Shown: positions 55,711-63,919, counted from the stretch's first letter. The stretch is DNA of 64,000 nucleotides from an uncultured Azospirillum sp. (GCA_902489795.1 CABUBU010000005.1:166-64165); one strand, 5' to 3'. Translations and numbers: made by a program. Notes: generated by a model from the sequence alone, not told the origin.

Positions 55711-56469
55711 ATGTATTGTTACTTGTTCTATGAGTTCTATACTCCGACACAAACATCTCATTCAATTTACAACTGGTGGAAAGATATCTGGTTGCCGGCG
55801 GCCGGTGCAATAGCAATTCCATTACTGGTTTGGTGGTTAAGTTGGCTTTTTGGAGCAAGCCGTGCTGAACAACAAAAGGAATTGAGAGATTTGAGAAATA
55901 ATCTTAATTTGCTTTCATCTATACTACTATCAACCTTTCAATCTCTGCTGTCATTAAAAGAAAATTTTGAAAACTGTCAAAAAATATATCCGTTAAAAAT
56001 TACTCCTTATGATAAAATAAATAAAATTGACAAATGTTTATTCATTGATTTTCCAATACTGAATAATATTGATATTTCTAAATACTCCCCTTGTATAAAT
56101 GCATATGGTAATTTTGTTATCGACTTAGTGAATATTAAACAAGGTTGTCGCATATTAAACGAAATGATTTTGCACAGAAATGAAGTGTTAAAATCAATCG
56201 GTTCCTGTGAGGATGAGCACATGAAAAAACTCAGAATTTTTGATTTTATTGCCGAAGATTCTGAAAATAATATTTCTAATCTGATGAGAACGAACAAACT
56301 AATACTGGAAATAAAAGAACTGGTTGATAAAATAAATATTTTAAAAACAAAAATAAAAGGCCTAAACTTAGAAGAAGTAACATTTGATGAAAACTCTTTA
56401 CAGCAATTTAAAAATATAAAATTAGAAATTGAGAAATTTATTCAAGATACAAAGGAACCAAATAAATGA
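55711..56469 (+). CDS. Orphan single-pass membrane protein translationally coupled to mod
   Basis: 252 aa, very AT-rich. One TM helix (WLPAAGAIAIPLLVWWLSWLF) followed by a helical/coiled Asn/Lys/Ile/Leu-rich domain. The stop overlaps the mod ATG (ATGA at 56466-56469). No family recognised. Confidence 0.65.
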   Translation: MYCYLFYEFYTPTQTSHSIYNWWKDIWLPAAGAIAIPLLVWWLSWLFGASRAEQQKELRDLRNNLNLLSSILLSTFQSLLSLKENFENCQKIYPLKITPYDKINKIDKCLFIDFPILNNIDISKYSPCINAYGNFVIDLVNIKQGCRILNEMILHRNEVLKSIGSCEDEHMKKLRIFDFIAEDSENNISNLMRTNKLILEIKELVDKINILKTKIKGLNLEEVTFDENSLQQFKNIKLEIEKFIQDTKEPNK

Positions 56470-58787
56470 CTGAAAAATTGCAGAGACTGGAACTGACATG
56501 GCCGGGGAAGGAAGACCGATTTAACCCGGAACCGCGGATACTGCTGGAAGACAAGGGAAAGTCCTATTCCAAACCTGTAATTTCTTCCCCTTTGCGTGAA
56601 AAAGAACGCTCTTCCGCCATTTCCTCCCCCTTGAGGAGGGAGGATAAAGGAGAGGGTGAACAACCCAGTTTCCTTCCTTTAAGTAGCAAAGAATGCTCTT
56701 CCGTCATTTCCTCCCCCTTGAGGGGGGAGGATAAAGGAGAGGGTGAACAACCCAGTTTCCTTCCTTTAAGTAGCAAAGAATGCTCTTCCGTCATTTCCTC
56801 CCCCTTGAGGGGGGAGGATAAAGGAGAGGGTGAACAACCTAACCTCCTTTCTTTAGCAAAAAAAATGAGGCATAATCCGACAGAAGCCGAAAATAAAATG
56901 TGGCAAATTCTGCGTAACAATCAATTAGGTTATAAAATACGACGTCAACATCAGATAGGCCAATACATAGTTGATTTTATATGTTTGGAAAAAAAATTAA
57001 TTATTGAATGCGATGGCGGCCAACATAATGAAACCGTCGACAAGGAAAGAACACTTTTTTTGGAAAATGAAGGCTTTAGAGTTATTCGTTTTTGGAATAA
57101 TGAAATATTAAATAATATAGAAGGATGTTGGGAGATAATTCAAAAAAGCCTGAATGATTGTACCCCTCACCCTAACCCTCTCCCCCAAGGGGCGAGGAAT
57201 TCCATTGTCCTTGAAACCTCTCCCTTGAGGGAAGAAGGCGACACTTTAGTGTCGAGCGAGGGTGATAAGTTAAATCTACTTAAGACGAAGAGAATTCAAC
57301 CGACTTTCGACAATATGCTGATCCACGGCGACAACCTGCTGGCCTTGAAAGCCCTGGAGCAGGACTATACCGGTAAAATCAAATGTATTTACATAGATCC
57401 GCCGTACAATACAGGTAACGCTTTCGAACATTATGACGACGGACTGGAACACTCCATCTGGCTTTCGCTGATGAGAGACAGATTGGAGATTTTGAGAAGA
57501 TTATTAAGTAATGACGGAGGCAGTATTTGGATTTCCATTGATGCGGACGAAAGTCATTACCTGAAAGTCCTTTGTGATGAAATTTTTGGCCGTCAATGTT
57601 TTGTTGATGAAGTTATCTGGCAACGAGCCTTTGCTCCTGTAAATTTAAAGAAAACGCTTTCACGTTCTCACGATACAATTTTAGTATATTGCAAAAATCC
57701 TATTAATTTTATCTTAAATACATTACCAAGAAGTGATAAACAATGTGAAAATTATAAAAATCCAGACAATGACCCCAGAGGTGCATGGACATCGGCAGAT
57801 TGTACTGTGGGACCTGTAGTTGAAGAAAAACTCTATGAAATAATAACTCCTGGGGGACGTTCTGTATTTCCTCCCGAAGGACGTTGTTGGTTATTTTCTA
57901 AAGATAGATTTGAAGAAGTGGTAGCAGATAATCGTATATGGTTTGGAAAAAATGGCAATAATGCACCTCGTGTAAAAAAATTTATATCAGAAGTCAAAGG
58001 CGGGGTTGTTGCGACAACGCTCTGGACCCGTGATGAATGTGGGGATAATCAGGAAGCTAAAAGAGAAATCAAGGCTTTATTTCCTGATGAAAAAAATCCG
58101 TTCGATACACCTAAACCCGAACGTTTAATTCAAAGAATCTTAACATTAGCATCCAACCCCGGCGATCTTGTTTTAGACAGCTTTTTAGGTTCAGGAACGA
58201 CTGCCGCCGTAGCGCAAAAAATGGGACGTCGCTGGATTGGGGTGGAAATGGGCGACCATGTTTACACACATTGCATTCCCCGCCTGAAAAAAGTAATCGA
58301 CGGCGAAGATCAGGGCGGCATCACCAAAACCGTCAACTGGCAGGGCGGCGGCGGTTTCAAATTCTATGAACTGGCTTCTTCCCTGATCGTGACCGACAAA
58401 TACGGCCAGCAGATCATTTCCAAAGAATACAACGCCGACATGCTGGCCGAAGCCATGTGCAAAATCTTAGGCTATCACTATAAACCGGATAAGGAAATTT
58501 ACTGGAAACAGGGCTTTTCTTCCGAAAAGAACTTTATCTATACCACCACCATGAGCTTGCAGGAAAGTTCGCTTGACCGCCTCGCCGAAGAAATCGGCGA
58601 CAACAACCTGCTGATTTGTTGCAGCGCCTTTGTCGGCAACAGCAGGATATATCCTAACATCTCGGTCAAAAAAATTCCCGCCGCTATCCTCAAAAAATGC
58701 GAATGGGGCCGCGAAGGCTACCCCCTCAACCTCCGCAACTACCACCCAACCGACGAAGAATTTGAATTCGAGGAGGAAGAGGAATAA
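56466..58787 (+). CDS. mod: Type III-like N6-adenine/N4-cytosine DNA methyltransferase (Mod) with an in-frame DUF559 endonuclease-domain insertion
   Basis: N-terminus LELTWPGKEDRFNPEPRILLED, motif IV IYIDPPYNTGN, motif I DSFLGSGTTAAVAQ (beta-class order). Residues ~35-265 are repeats plus a DUF559/Vsr-like domain (MWQILRNNQLGYKIRRQHQIGQYIVDFICLEKKLIIECDGGQH...RVIRFWNNEIL). Confidence 0.88.
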   Translation: MTEKLQRLELTWPGKEDRFNPEPRILLEDKGKSYSKPVISSPLREKERSSAISSPLRREDKGEGEQPSFLPLSSKECSSVISSPLRGEDKGEGEQPSFLPLSSKECSSVISSPLRGEDKGEGEQPNLLSLAKKMRHNPTEAENKMWQILRNNQLGYKIRRQHQIGQYIVDFICLEKKLIIECDGGQHNETVDKERTLFLENEGFRVIRFWNNEILNNIEGCWEIIQKSLNDCTPHPNPLPQGARNSIVLETSPLREEGDTLVSSEGDKLNLLKTKRIQPTFDNMLIHGDNLLALKALEQDYTGKIKCIYIDPPYNTGNAFEHYDDGLEHSIWLSLMRDRLEILRRLLSNDGGSIWISIDADESHYLKVLCDEIFGRQCFVDEVIWQRAFAPVNLKKTLSRSHDTILVYCKNPINFILNTLPRSDKQCENYKNPDNDPRGAWTSADCTVGPVVEEKLYEIITPGGRSVFPPEGRCWLFSKDRFEEVVADNRIWFGKNGNNAPRVKKFISEVKGGVVATTLWTRDECGDNQEAKREIKALFPDEKNPFDTPKPERLIQRILTLASNPGDLVLDSFLGSGTTAAVAQKMGRRWIGVEMGDHVYTHCIPRLKKVIDGEDQGGITKTVNWQGGGGFKFYELASSLIVTDKYGQQIISKEYNADMLAEAMCKILGYHYKPDKEIYWKQGFSSEKNFIYTTTMSLQESSLDRLAEEIGDNNLLICCSAFVGNSRIYPNISVKKIPAAILKKCEWGREGYPLNLRNYHPTDEEFEFEEEEE
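56565..57265 (+). other. In-frame insertion module inside mod: hairpin repeats - DUF559 domain - hairpin repeats
   Basis: DUF559 domain at ~56865-57160. Left flank: 87-bp tandem repeats, each with the hairpin CCTCCCCC-TTGA-GGGGGAGG. Right flank: hairpins CCTCTCCCCCAAGGGGCGAGG, CTCTCCCTTGAGGGAAGAAG and CGACACTTTAGTGTCG. The mod sequence resumes at ...FDNMLIHGDNLLALKAL. Confidence 0.7.
56578..56860 (+). repeat. ~3.2 copies of an 87-bp (29-codon) tandem repeat
   Basis: AGGATAAAGGAGAGGGTGAACAACC starts at 56641, 56728 and 56815 (period exactly 87), with a diverged partial copy at 56578-56640. The array is open in frame on both strands. Confidence 0.9.
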
Positions 58788-58810
58788 CAAATTCCGCACG
58801 CTCCCCTTTC

Positions 58811-58841
58811 AGGCATGACCACCCTTGTCATGCCTTTTTTA
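58811..58841 (+). terminator. Intrinsic terminator of mod
   Basis: AGGCATGAC-CACCCTT-GTCATGCCTTTTTT, located 24 nt after the mod stop. Confidence 0.8.
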
Positions 58842-58903
58842 TCTCCTCCTCGTCTGCCATACCTTTTCTTTTATCTCATCTTTCCTGCATTTTCTGTCTT
58901 CCT

Positions 58904-59640
58904 GTCATGCCTCCGACGGGCAAAAAGCCCGGCGGATCAGGCATCTTTTGCCCCTCCGGTCATCACCTTTGTTCAGGCATCTTTTGAAAAAGGAAAAACA
59001 TTGTATAATCCCTAAACTCGCTCGCTCACGCTCCCTCGCGGGATGACAGTCTGAAGAGGGTTCACGCTCCCTCGCGGGATGACAACCTCAAATTGTCATG
59101 CCTCCGACGGGCGAAAAGCCCGGCGGATCAGGCATCTTTTGCCCCTCCGGTCATCACCTTTGTTCAGGCATCTTTTGAAAAAGGAAAAACATTGTATAAT
59201 CCCTAAACTCGGTCGCTCACGCTCCCTCGCGGGATGACAACCTCAAATTGCCATGCCTCCGACGGGCAAAAAGCCCGGCGGATCAGGCATCTTTTGCCCT
59301 TCTGTTACTCCCTTTGAACAGGCTCCTCCTGAAAAAGGAAAAAACATTGTAAGATCCCTAAACTCGGTCGCTCACGCTCCCTCGCGGGATGACAACTTCA
59401 AATTGTCATGCCTCCGACAGGCGAAAAGCCCGGCGGATCAGGCATCTTTTGCCCCTCCGGTCATCACCTTTGTTCAGGCATCTTTTAAAAAAGGAAAAAC
59501 ATTGTAAGATCCCTAAACTCGGTCGCTCCCACTCCCTCGCGGGATGACAGTCTGAAGAGGGTTCACGCTCCCTCGCGGGATGACAGTCTGAAGAGGGTTC
59601 ACGCTCCCTCGCGGCAGAATGACGGCTTGGAGTATCTGCT
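58904..59640. repeat. Four tandem copies of a 155-191-bp unit with nested 36-bp sub-repeats
   Basis: Units start at 58904, 59095, 59250 and 59405 with G(T/C)CATGCCTCCGAC(G/A)GGC(A/G)AAAAGCCCGGCGGATCAGGCATCTTTTGCCC. Each ends in one to three copies of TCACGCTCCCTCGCGGGATGACAGTCTGAAGAGGGT. There are no unique spacers. Confidence 0.92.
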
Positions 59641-59728
59641 CGCAGGACGGCGTTTTTTTTCAATAAAGGCTCATGATTTCAGGAACGTTTCACTCGCAGG
59701 CCGACAGATAAACAAGAAGCGAAAAAAC

Positions 59729-60007
59729 TCAAAATAATCGTTCGTACAAATCAGACCACTCAGGGTTGTTTTCTTCTATCAATCTTATCTTCACTTTCCG
59801 AAACGCTTTTTTCAAAAACTTTTCCCGGGCAATAGCCTCATTTTCGCCAACAATCTCCTCAAAATAAACCAGCCGGATCAGATTATAACGCTTGGTAAAC
59901 CCTTCAAACAGCTTGTTCCTGTGCTCATAAACCCTTCTCGTCAGGTCTTTTGTCACTCCGACATACAGCGTTCCGCCTTTTTTGTTACTCATAATGTAAA
60001 CGTACAT
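59729..60007 (-). CDS. Small GIY-YIG nuclease family protein (COG2827/UPF0213-like)
   Basis: 92 aa: MYVYIMSNKKGGTLYVGVTKDLTRRVYEH...LVYFE...AIAREKFLK. The ATG shares one nucleotide with the SNF2 stop (TGATG at 60005-60009). Confidence 0.85.
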   Translation of the reverse strand: MYVYIMSNKKGGTLYVGVTKDLTRRVYEHRNKLFEGFTKRYNLIRLVYFEEIVGENEAIAREKFLKKAFRKVKIRLIEENNPEWSDLYERLF

Positions 60008-62898
60008 CAGCTTTTTACTTCCCAGGTAACATCAAACACCTGTTCAATGGTGTAATCCAATTTCAGACTGCGCTTTTTGCCGCCGATGAGGCGGTTGCAC
60101 TTCTTTTCCAGCTCACGCTCAATGTCAAAAGTATTGAACTCGTTATCGTTCATTTCTTTTTGCAGACGTTTGATTTCTTCATCCAAAGCCAGTTTTTTTG
60201 CAAAATCTTTCTCCAACTTAAACTGGCGTTTCAGATTGCCGATCTTATTTTTCATCTTTTCGCCTTTCAGATGAATGGCCTGTTTTTCATCCGCCAACCA
60301 GCGAGTAAGCTTGTCTACCTCAATTTTTAACAAAACATCGACCCGGTGCTTTTCGGATTTCTCATATTCGGCAATATTCCTTTCGTGCAGCCGCCGAATC
60401 AAATCCTGATACCCCATCTCAACCGGCGCAGCCGTTTTCCGCACATTATCAAAAATGTCTTCCGGTTTCAAATTTAACGCTTCGCCGTGATCGTCAATAA
60501 CTGCCGACAACAGACGAAAAGACTTTTCCGGCGCATTTTGCCTGAACAAAGACAAAATCAGCCGCCCGCGTTGTCCGGATTTTAACTTGTCTCCCGCCTT
60601 CAACAACAAATGGCACGCCTCGACCGGCTGCGCCAGCGCCTCCCGTAAAATAATCCGCCCGAACTCACTGTCCGGATTGTACGGCGTAGCTCCCCGCCAA
60701 ACGGCTTTGCGATCCTGCGGAGAAAGAAAACGATTATTGTCGCGGCTTGAAAAATCCAGACAGAAATTGAAATTCTTATTGAAAACAATGTCCGACGGCC
60801 GGTCAAAAACCTGTTCTTCAAAAGGGCCGAACACCTGCCGCGCCGGATTGATAAACATATCAGGATGATTTTTTTCCAGCATGATAACCGACAAATCCCA
60901 GAAAATTTGCTTGCGGCGTTCCAAATAATCTTCAACCCTCCGCTTGATGACCTGCAGTTTTTCCTGTGTGGTCGGGTTCAGGTTTTCCAGAACCAACTGG
61001 CGCGTTTCTTCCATTTTGGCATCACGCTTCACGCCAAGGCTTGCCTGTAATTCGTCAAAAGCACGGTTAATTTCCTCGGTTGTCCGGCACAATTCAAATA
61101 TGGAGGCCACCGCACGCTCAAAATCCACGCCGTCGGACAATGTGCCCAAAATTTCGTCGCTGGCACCGAATACATCGTCAAACAATTTAAATTTATATTG
61201 CAAAATATCATAAAGGCGCACATCGGCAAGATTCTGTTTGTTGATAAAATTGATGATTACAACATCGCATTTTTGCTTATAACGATGAATACGCCCGATT
61301 CTCTGTTCTATTCTTTGCGGATTCCACGGCAAATCGTAATTGACCAGCAGCGAACAAAACTGCAAATTCAGCCCCTCGGCCGCCGCCTCGGTGGCAATCA
61401 TGATTTCCGCCTCTTCCCTGAAAGCCGCAACCAGAGCTTTTTTCATATCGTTGGCTCGCGAACCGGTCAGCTCCGCCGAGTGATTTTCGACAAAATCGTT
61501 GTAAATCCGATTGCAAAGCGGGGAATTGTTCTGACCGTTAAAGGTGATGATTTTATCCTTAAAACCGTGAGCCGAAAGATAATCGAAAAGATAATTCAAA
61601 GTCCGGTTGCTTTCCGTAAAAATAATTACCTTGCGCAAACCTCCCTTTTCCCTGATTTTTTCAAATCCCCGGTTGATCGCGCCGACAAGCTTTTCCGTCT
61701 TGCCGTCAACTTCGATTTTACCCGCCTTGTCAATCAACGACTGCAAAAATTCCTTTTCGGCTTTAAGGTCAGCATCCGTCGGATAATTCTTAGCATAAGC
61801 GTTGCGGCAGCGATCGTCAAAATCCGACAGGGAATCCTGATATTCTTCCAGCAAATCTTCATCAAACACAATAAGATCACCGGTGTTTCCGCCAAGTTTC
61901 TCAATACGGCACAGCCTTTCCATCAACTTTTCCAATGTTCCTTTGACCGCCGCGGTGGAGGAACTCATCAATTTGCGTATCATCAGAACAATCAGCGTAC
62001 GATAACGGGTGGTAACGGCAATCTTTGAAACATCCTGAATATAAGCCGAAACTTCCCGGTAAAGTTCTTCTTCCGCTGGAGTCGGATTAAACGCAACAGT
62101 CATTGCCTCGCGATTGGTATATTTAATATACTCCGAAACATCTTTGCGCAAAGTGCGATGCAAAACGCATTTTAAACGTTCTTTCAGCTCAATATGATGC
62201 CGTTCGGAATACAGGTAATTTTCCATAAAAGAATATTCATTGCCCAAAATATGCGGATCAATAATCGTTACCAGCGAAAAAATGTCCATCAGAGAATTTT
62301 GAATGGGCGTTGCCGTCAACAAAAGCTTTTTCTTACCGTAAAAAGCCTCATTAATCCCGTCAGCCGTTTTAGTCTTGCCTTTATAAAAATTACGGAGCTT
62401 ATGCGCTTCGTCCAAAACGACCAGATCCCAATCATGTTGTTTCATGCAATCTTTTAGCTGCACCGCACAATTATACGAACAAACCGTCACGCCTTTAAAC
62501 AACAGCGGATTTTCCTTTTCCGACTTCAAAGCCTTGCCATAAATCCCGGCCTCAATAACCCGGGTCGGCAAATTAAATTTTTCCTGCATTTCAGCCTGCC
62601 ATTGCTGGCAAAGACTTGCCGGCGCAACAACCAGAACGGAAGTTCGGCCGCGTGAAAAATATTCGGAAACGACGATACCTGCCTCAATCGTCTTTCCCAA
62701 ACCGACTTCATCGGCCAGAATAACACCTTGCGACAACGGGGATTTCAAGGCAAACAACGCCGCTTCGATTTGATGCGGATTCATATCAATTTTAGATGTT
62801 TCCAATGAACCGGAAATGTTTCCCATATCCGCCTGGTTATTGGAAGCTAAAACTTCCAAAGCCCAATATTTTGCTTTTATTTCTTCTGTCGTTATCAT
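60007..62898 (-). CDS. SNF2/RAD54-family helicase with ~350-aa uncharacterised C-terminal region
   Basis: 963 aa. Motifs I ADEVGLGKTIEAG, II LVVLDEAHKLRN, III LLLTATPIQNSL and VI QRIGRIHRYKQ. The C-terminal third has no recognised motif and ends in a coiled-coil-like Lys/Glu-rich segment. Confidence 0.9.
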   Translation of the reverse strand: MITTEEIKAKYWALEVLASNNQADMGNISGSLETSKIDMNPHQIEAALFALKSPLSQGVILADEVGLGKTIEAGIVVSEYFSRGRTSVLVVAPASLCQQWQAEMQEKFNLPTRVIEAGIYGKALKSEKENPLLFKGVTVCSYNCAVQLKDCMKQHDWDLVVLDEAHKLRNFYKGKTKTADGINEAFYGKKKLLLTATPIQNSLMDIFSLVTIIDPHILGNEYSFMENYLYSERHHIELKERLKCVLHRTLRKDVSEYIKYTNREAMTVAFNPTPAEEELYREVSAYIQDVSKIAVTTRYRTLIVLMIRKLMSSSTAAVKGTLEKLMERLCRIEKLGGNTGDLIVFDEDLLEEYQDSLSDFDDRCRNAYAKNYPTDADLKAEKEFLQSLIDKAGKIEVDGKTEKLVGAINRGFEKIREKGGLRKVIIFTESNRTLNYLFDYLSAHGFKDKIITFNGQNNSPLCNRIYNDFVENHSAELTGSRANDMKKALVAAFREEAEIMIATEAAAEGLNLQFCSLLVNYDLPWNPQRIEQRIGRIHRYKQKCDVVIINFINKQNLADVRLYDILQYKFKLFDDVFGASDEILGTLSDGVDFERAVASIFELCRTTEEINRAFDELQASLGVKRDAKMEETRQLVLENLNPTTQEKLQVIKRRVEDYLERRKQIFWDLSVIMLEKNHPDMFINPARQVFGPFEEQVFDRPSDIVFNKNFNFCLDFSSRDNNRFLSPQDRKAVWRGATPYNPDSEFGRIILREALAQPVEACHLLLKAGDKLKSGQRGRLILSLFRQNAPEKSFRLLSAVIDDHGEALNLKPEDIFDNVRKTAAPVEMGYQDLIRRLHERNIAEYEKSEKHRVDVLLKIEVDKLTRWLADEKQAIHLKGEKMKNKIGNLKRQFKLEKDFAKKLALDEEIKRLQKEMNDNEFNTFDIERELEKKCNRLIGGKKRSLKLDYTIEQVFDVTWEVKS

Positions 62899-63540
62899 AT
62901 CAAAATCACAAACTATAAATATAAAAAATCAGTTTTTTACCTAAAAACTTTTCCTCCACGCAAACCTGTAAAAATACAACTCCGTTTCATTCCGGCCGCA
63001 GACGGCAGCACCGTCCTGCGGCTTCCGTCCCGTCCGACCATTGCATCGGCTTTGTCTTCCGGCCCTTCAGAAAATTTTATATTCCGTTCTATGCCTCCTC
63101 TGCAACTCAACCGCACGACAAAACCCAACCGGCAGCTATTTTTCTCCCGGAGAGTATACCTGAAGATCAAAAATTCGGCAAAACTAATTTTGACGTTTAT
63201 AATCAATTATACGGATTTGAAGCGGAAAGCTAATTCACCTTGCGGTTGAAGCCTGACTGAACAGAAAGACTTTCAGACATAAAAAAAATGAGCCGGAAAT
63301 CATCTGACTCATAAATCTTACCGGCCGCATGGGCAGGATCGGTTCTTCATTCGCCCCTCTCCGTCGCTCCGCACTGCTTCACCAGTTTCACCGTTCCGCA
63401 CCGCTTATCAGCTTCGCCGACGGTCATACCCGCATCTTGCTGCCGCCTGCCGTAAATCTGTAAACAAGCTGATATAAAAGCAGGCAATGACTTCAATCTC
63501 ACAAAAGAATTTATCAATGCTGATACGATAAATATTGAAG

Positions 63541-63774
63541 TTAAAAACAATTTAACCAATAATAGCAAACTTGTTGCGGATACGGATTTAAAGGTGATGC
63601 ATTCAAAATGGGAACTATCGCGCCCTCATTTATCATGACAGAAATATTTAATGCTATTGGAGAAGCAAAACAATTATTGAATAAGAATGTTGAGGAGCAA
63701 AAATATTGCCGCCATAGTTCTTTTAATTCGTTAACACTCATATCTTTAAGAGAAGTCACTTCATTTTCAATCAT
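63541..63774 (-). CDS. Small hypothetical protein
   Basis: 77 codons; ATG 63774 preceded by AAAGGAG; coupled to the upstream small ORF. Only a weak resemblance of the N-terminus (MSVNELKELWRQYF) to DUF2924. Confidence 0.3.
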   Translation of the reverse strand: MIENEVTSLKDMSVNELKELWRQYFCSSTFLFNNCFASPIALNISVMINEGAIVPILNASPLNPYPQQVCYYWLNCF

Positions 63775-63919
63775 TACAAACTCCTTTCTTACTCCAATGA
63801 ATGCTTGGATTTTCTTGGTTATCCAGTTCTTTTTGCAATAATTCTGAACTATTTTCGCCGTTAATCAGGGCTATCAGCTCAGGTAATAGTAACTCTATAA
63901 TTTTTTGTATTTCTGTCAT
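63767..63919 (-). CDS. Small hypothetical protein
   Basis: 50 codons from ATG 63919 with GGAGG upstream; AT-rich. The stop overlaps the next ORF's start by 8 nt. Confidence 0.3.
   Translation of the reverse strand: MTEIQKIIELLLPELIALINGENSSELLQKELDNQENPSIHWSKKGVCND

Noticed and set aside
56564-56920. 118-aa minus-strand ORF inside mod
   Set aside because: It is the antisense reading of the 87-bp tandem repeats, and the mod frame is the one with flanking conserved motifs.
58990-59640. Possible CRISPR array, because of the 36-bp direct repeats
   Set aside because: The 36-mers are contiguous or embedded in a larger 155-191-bp repeating unit. There are no unique spacers and no cas genes.
59253-59663. 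ORFs 59253..59507 (+) and 59406..59663 (-)
   Set aside because: They lie entirely inside the tandem array. Their repetitive translations (CHPAREREPSSD...) are typical of repeat-derived pseudo-ORFs.
63347-63568. 73-aa minus-strand ORF
   Set aside because: It spans a sharp AT-to-GC composition switch, has no RBS, and overlaps the end of the preceding small ORF.
63541-63774. DUF2924-like protein hinting at a serine-recombinase mobile element
   Set aside because: Only the short N-terminal string MSVNELKELWRQYF resembles that family. The rest does not align from memory, and no recombinase follows. It is kept only as a low-confidence hypothetical CDS.
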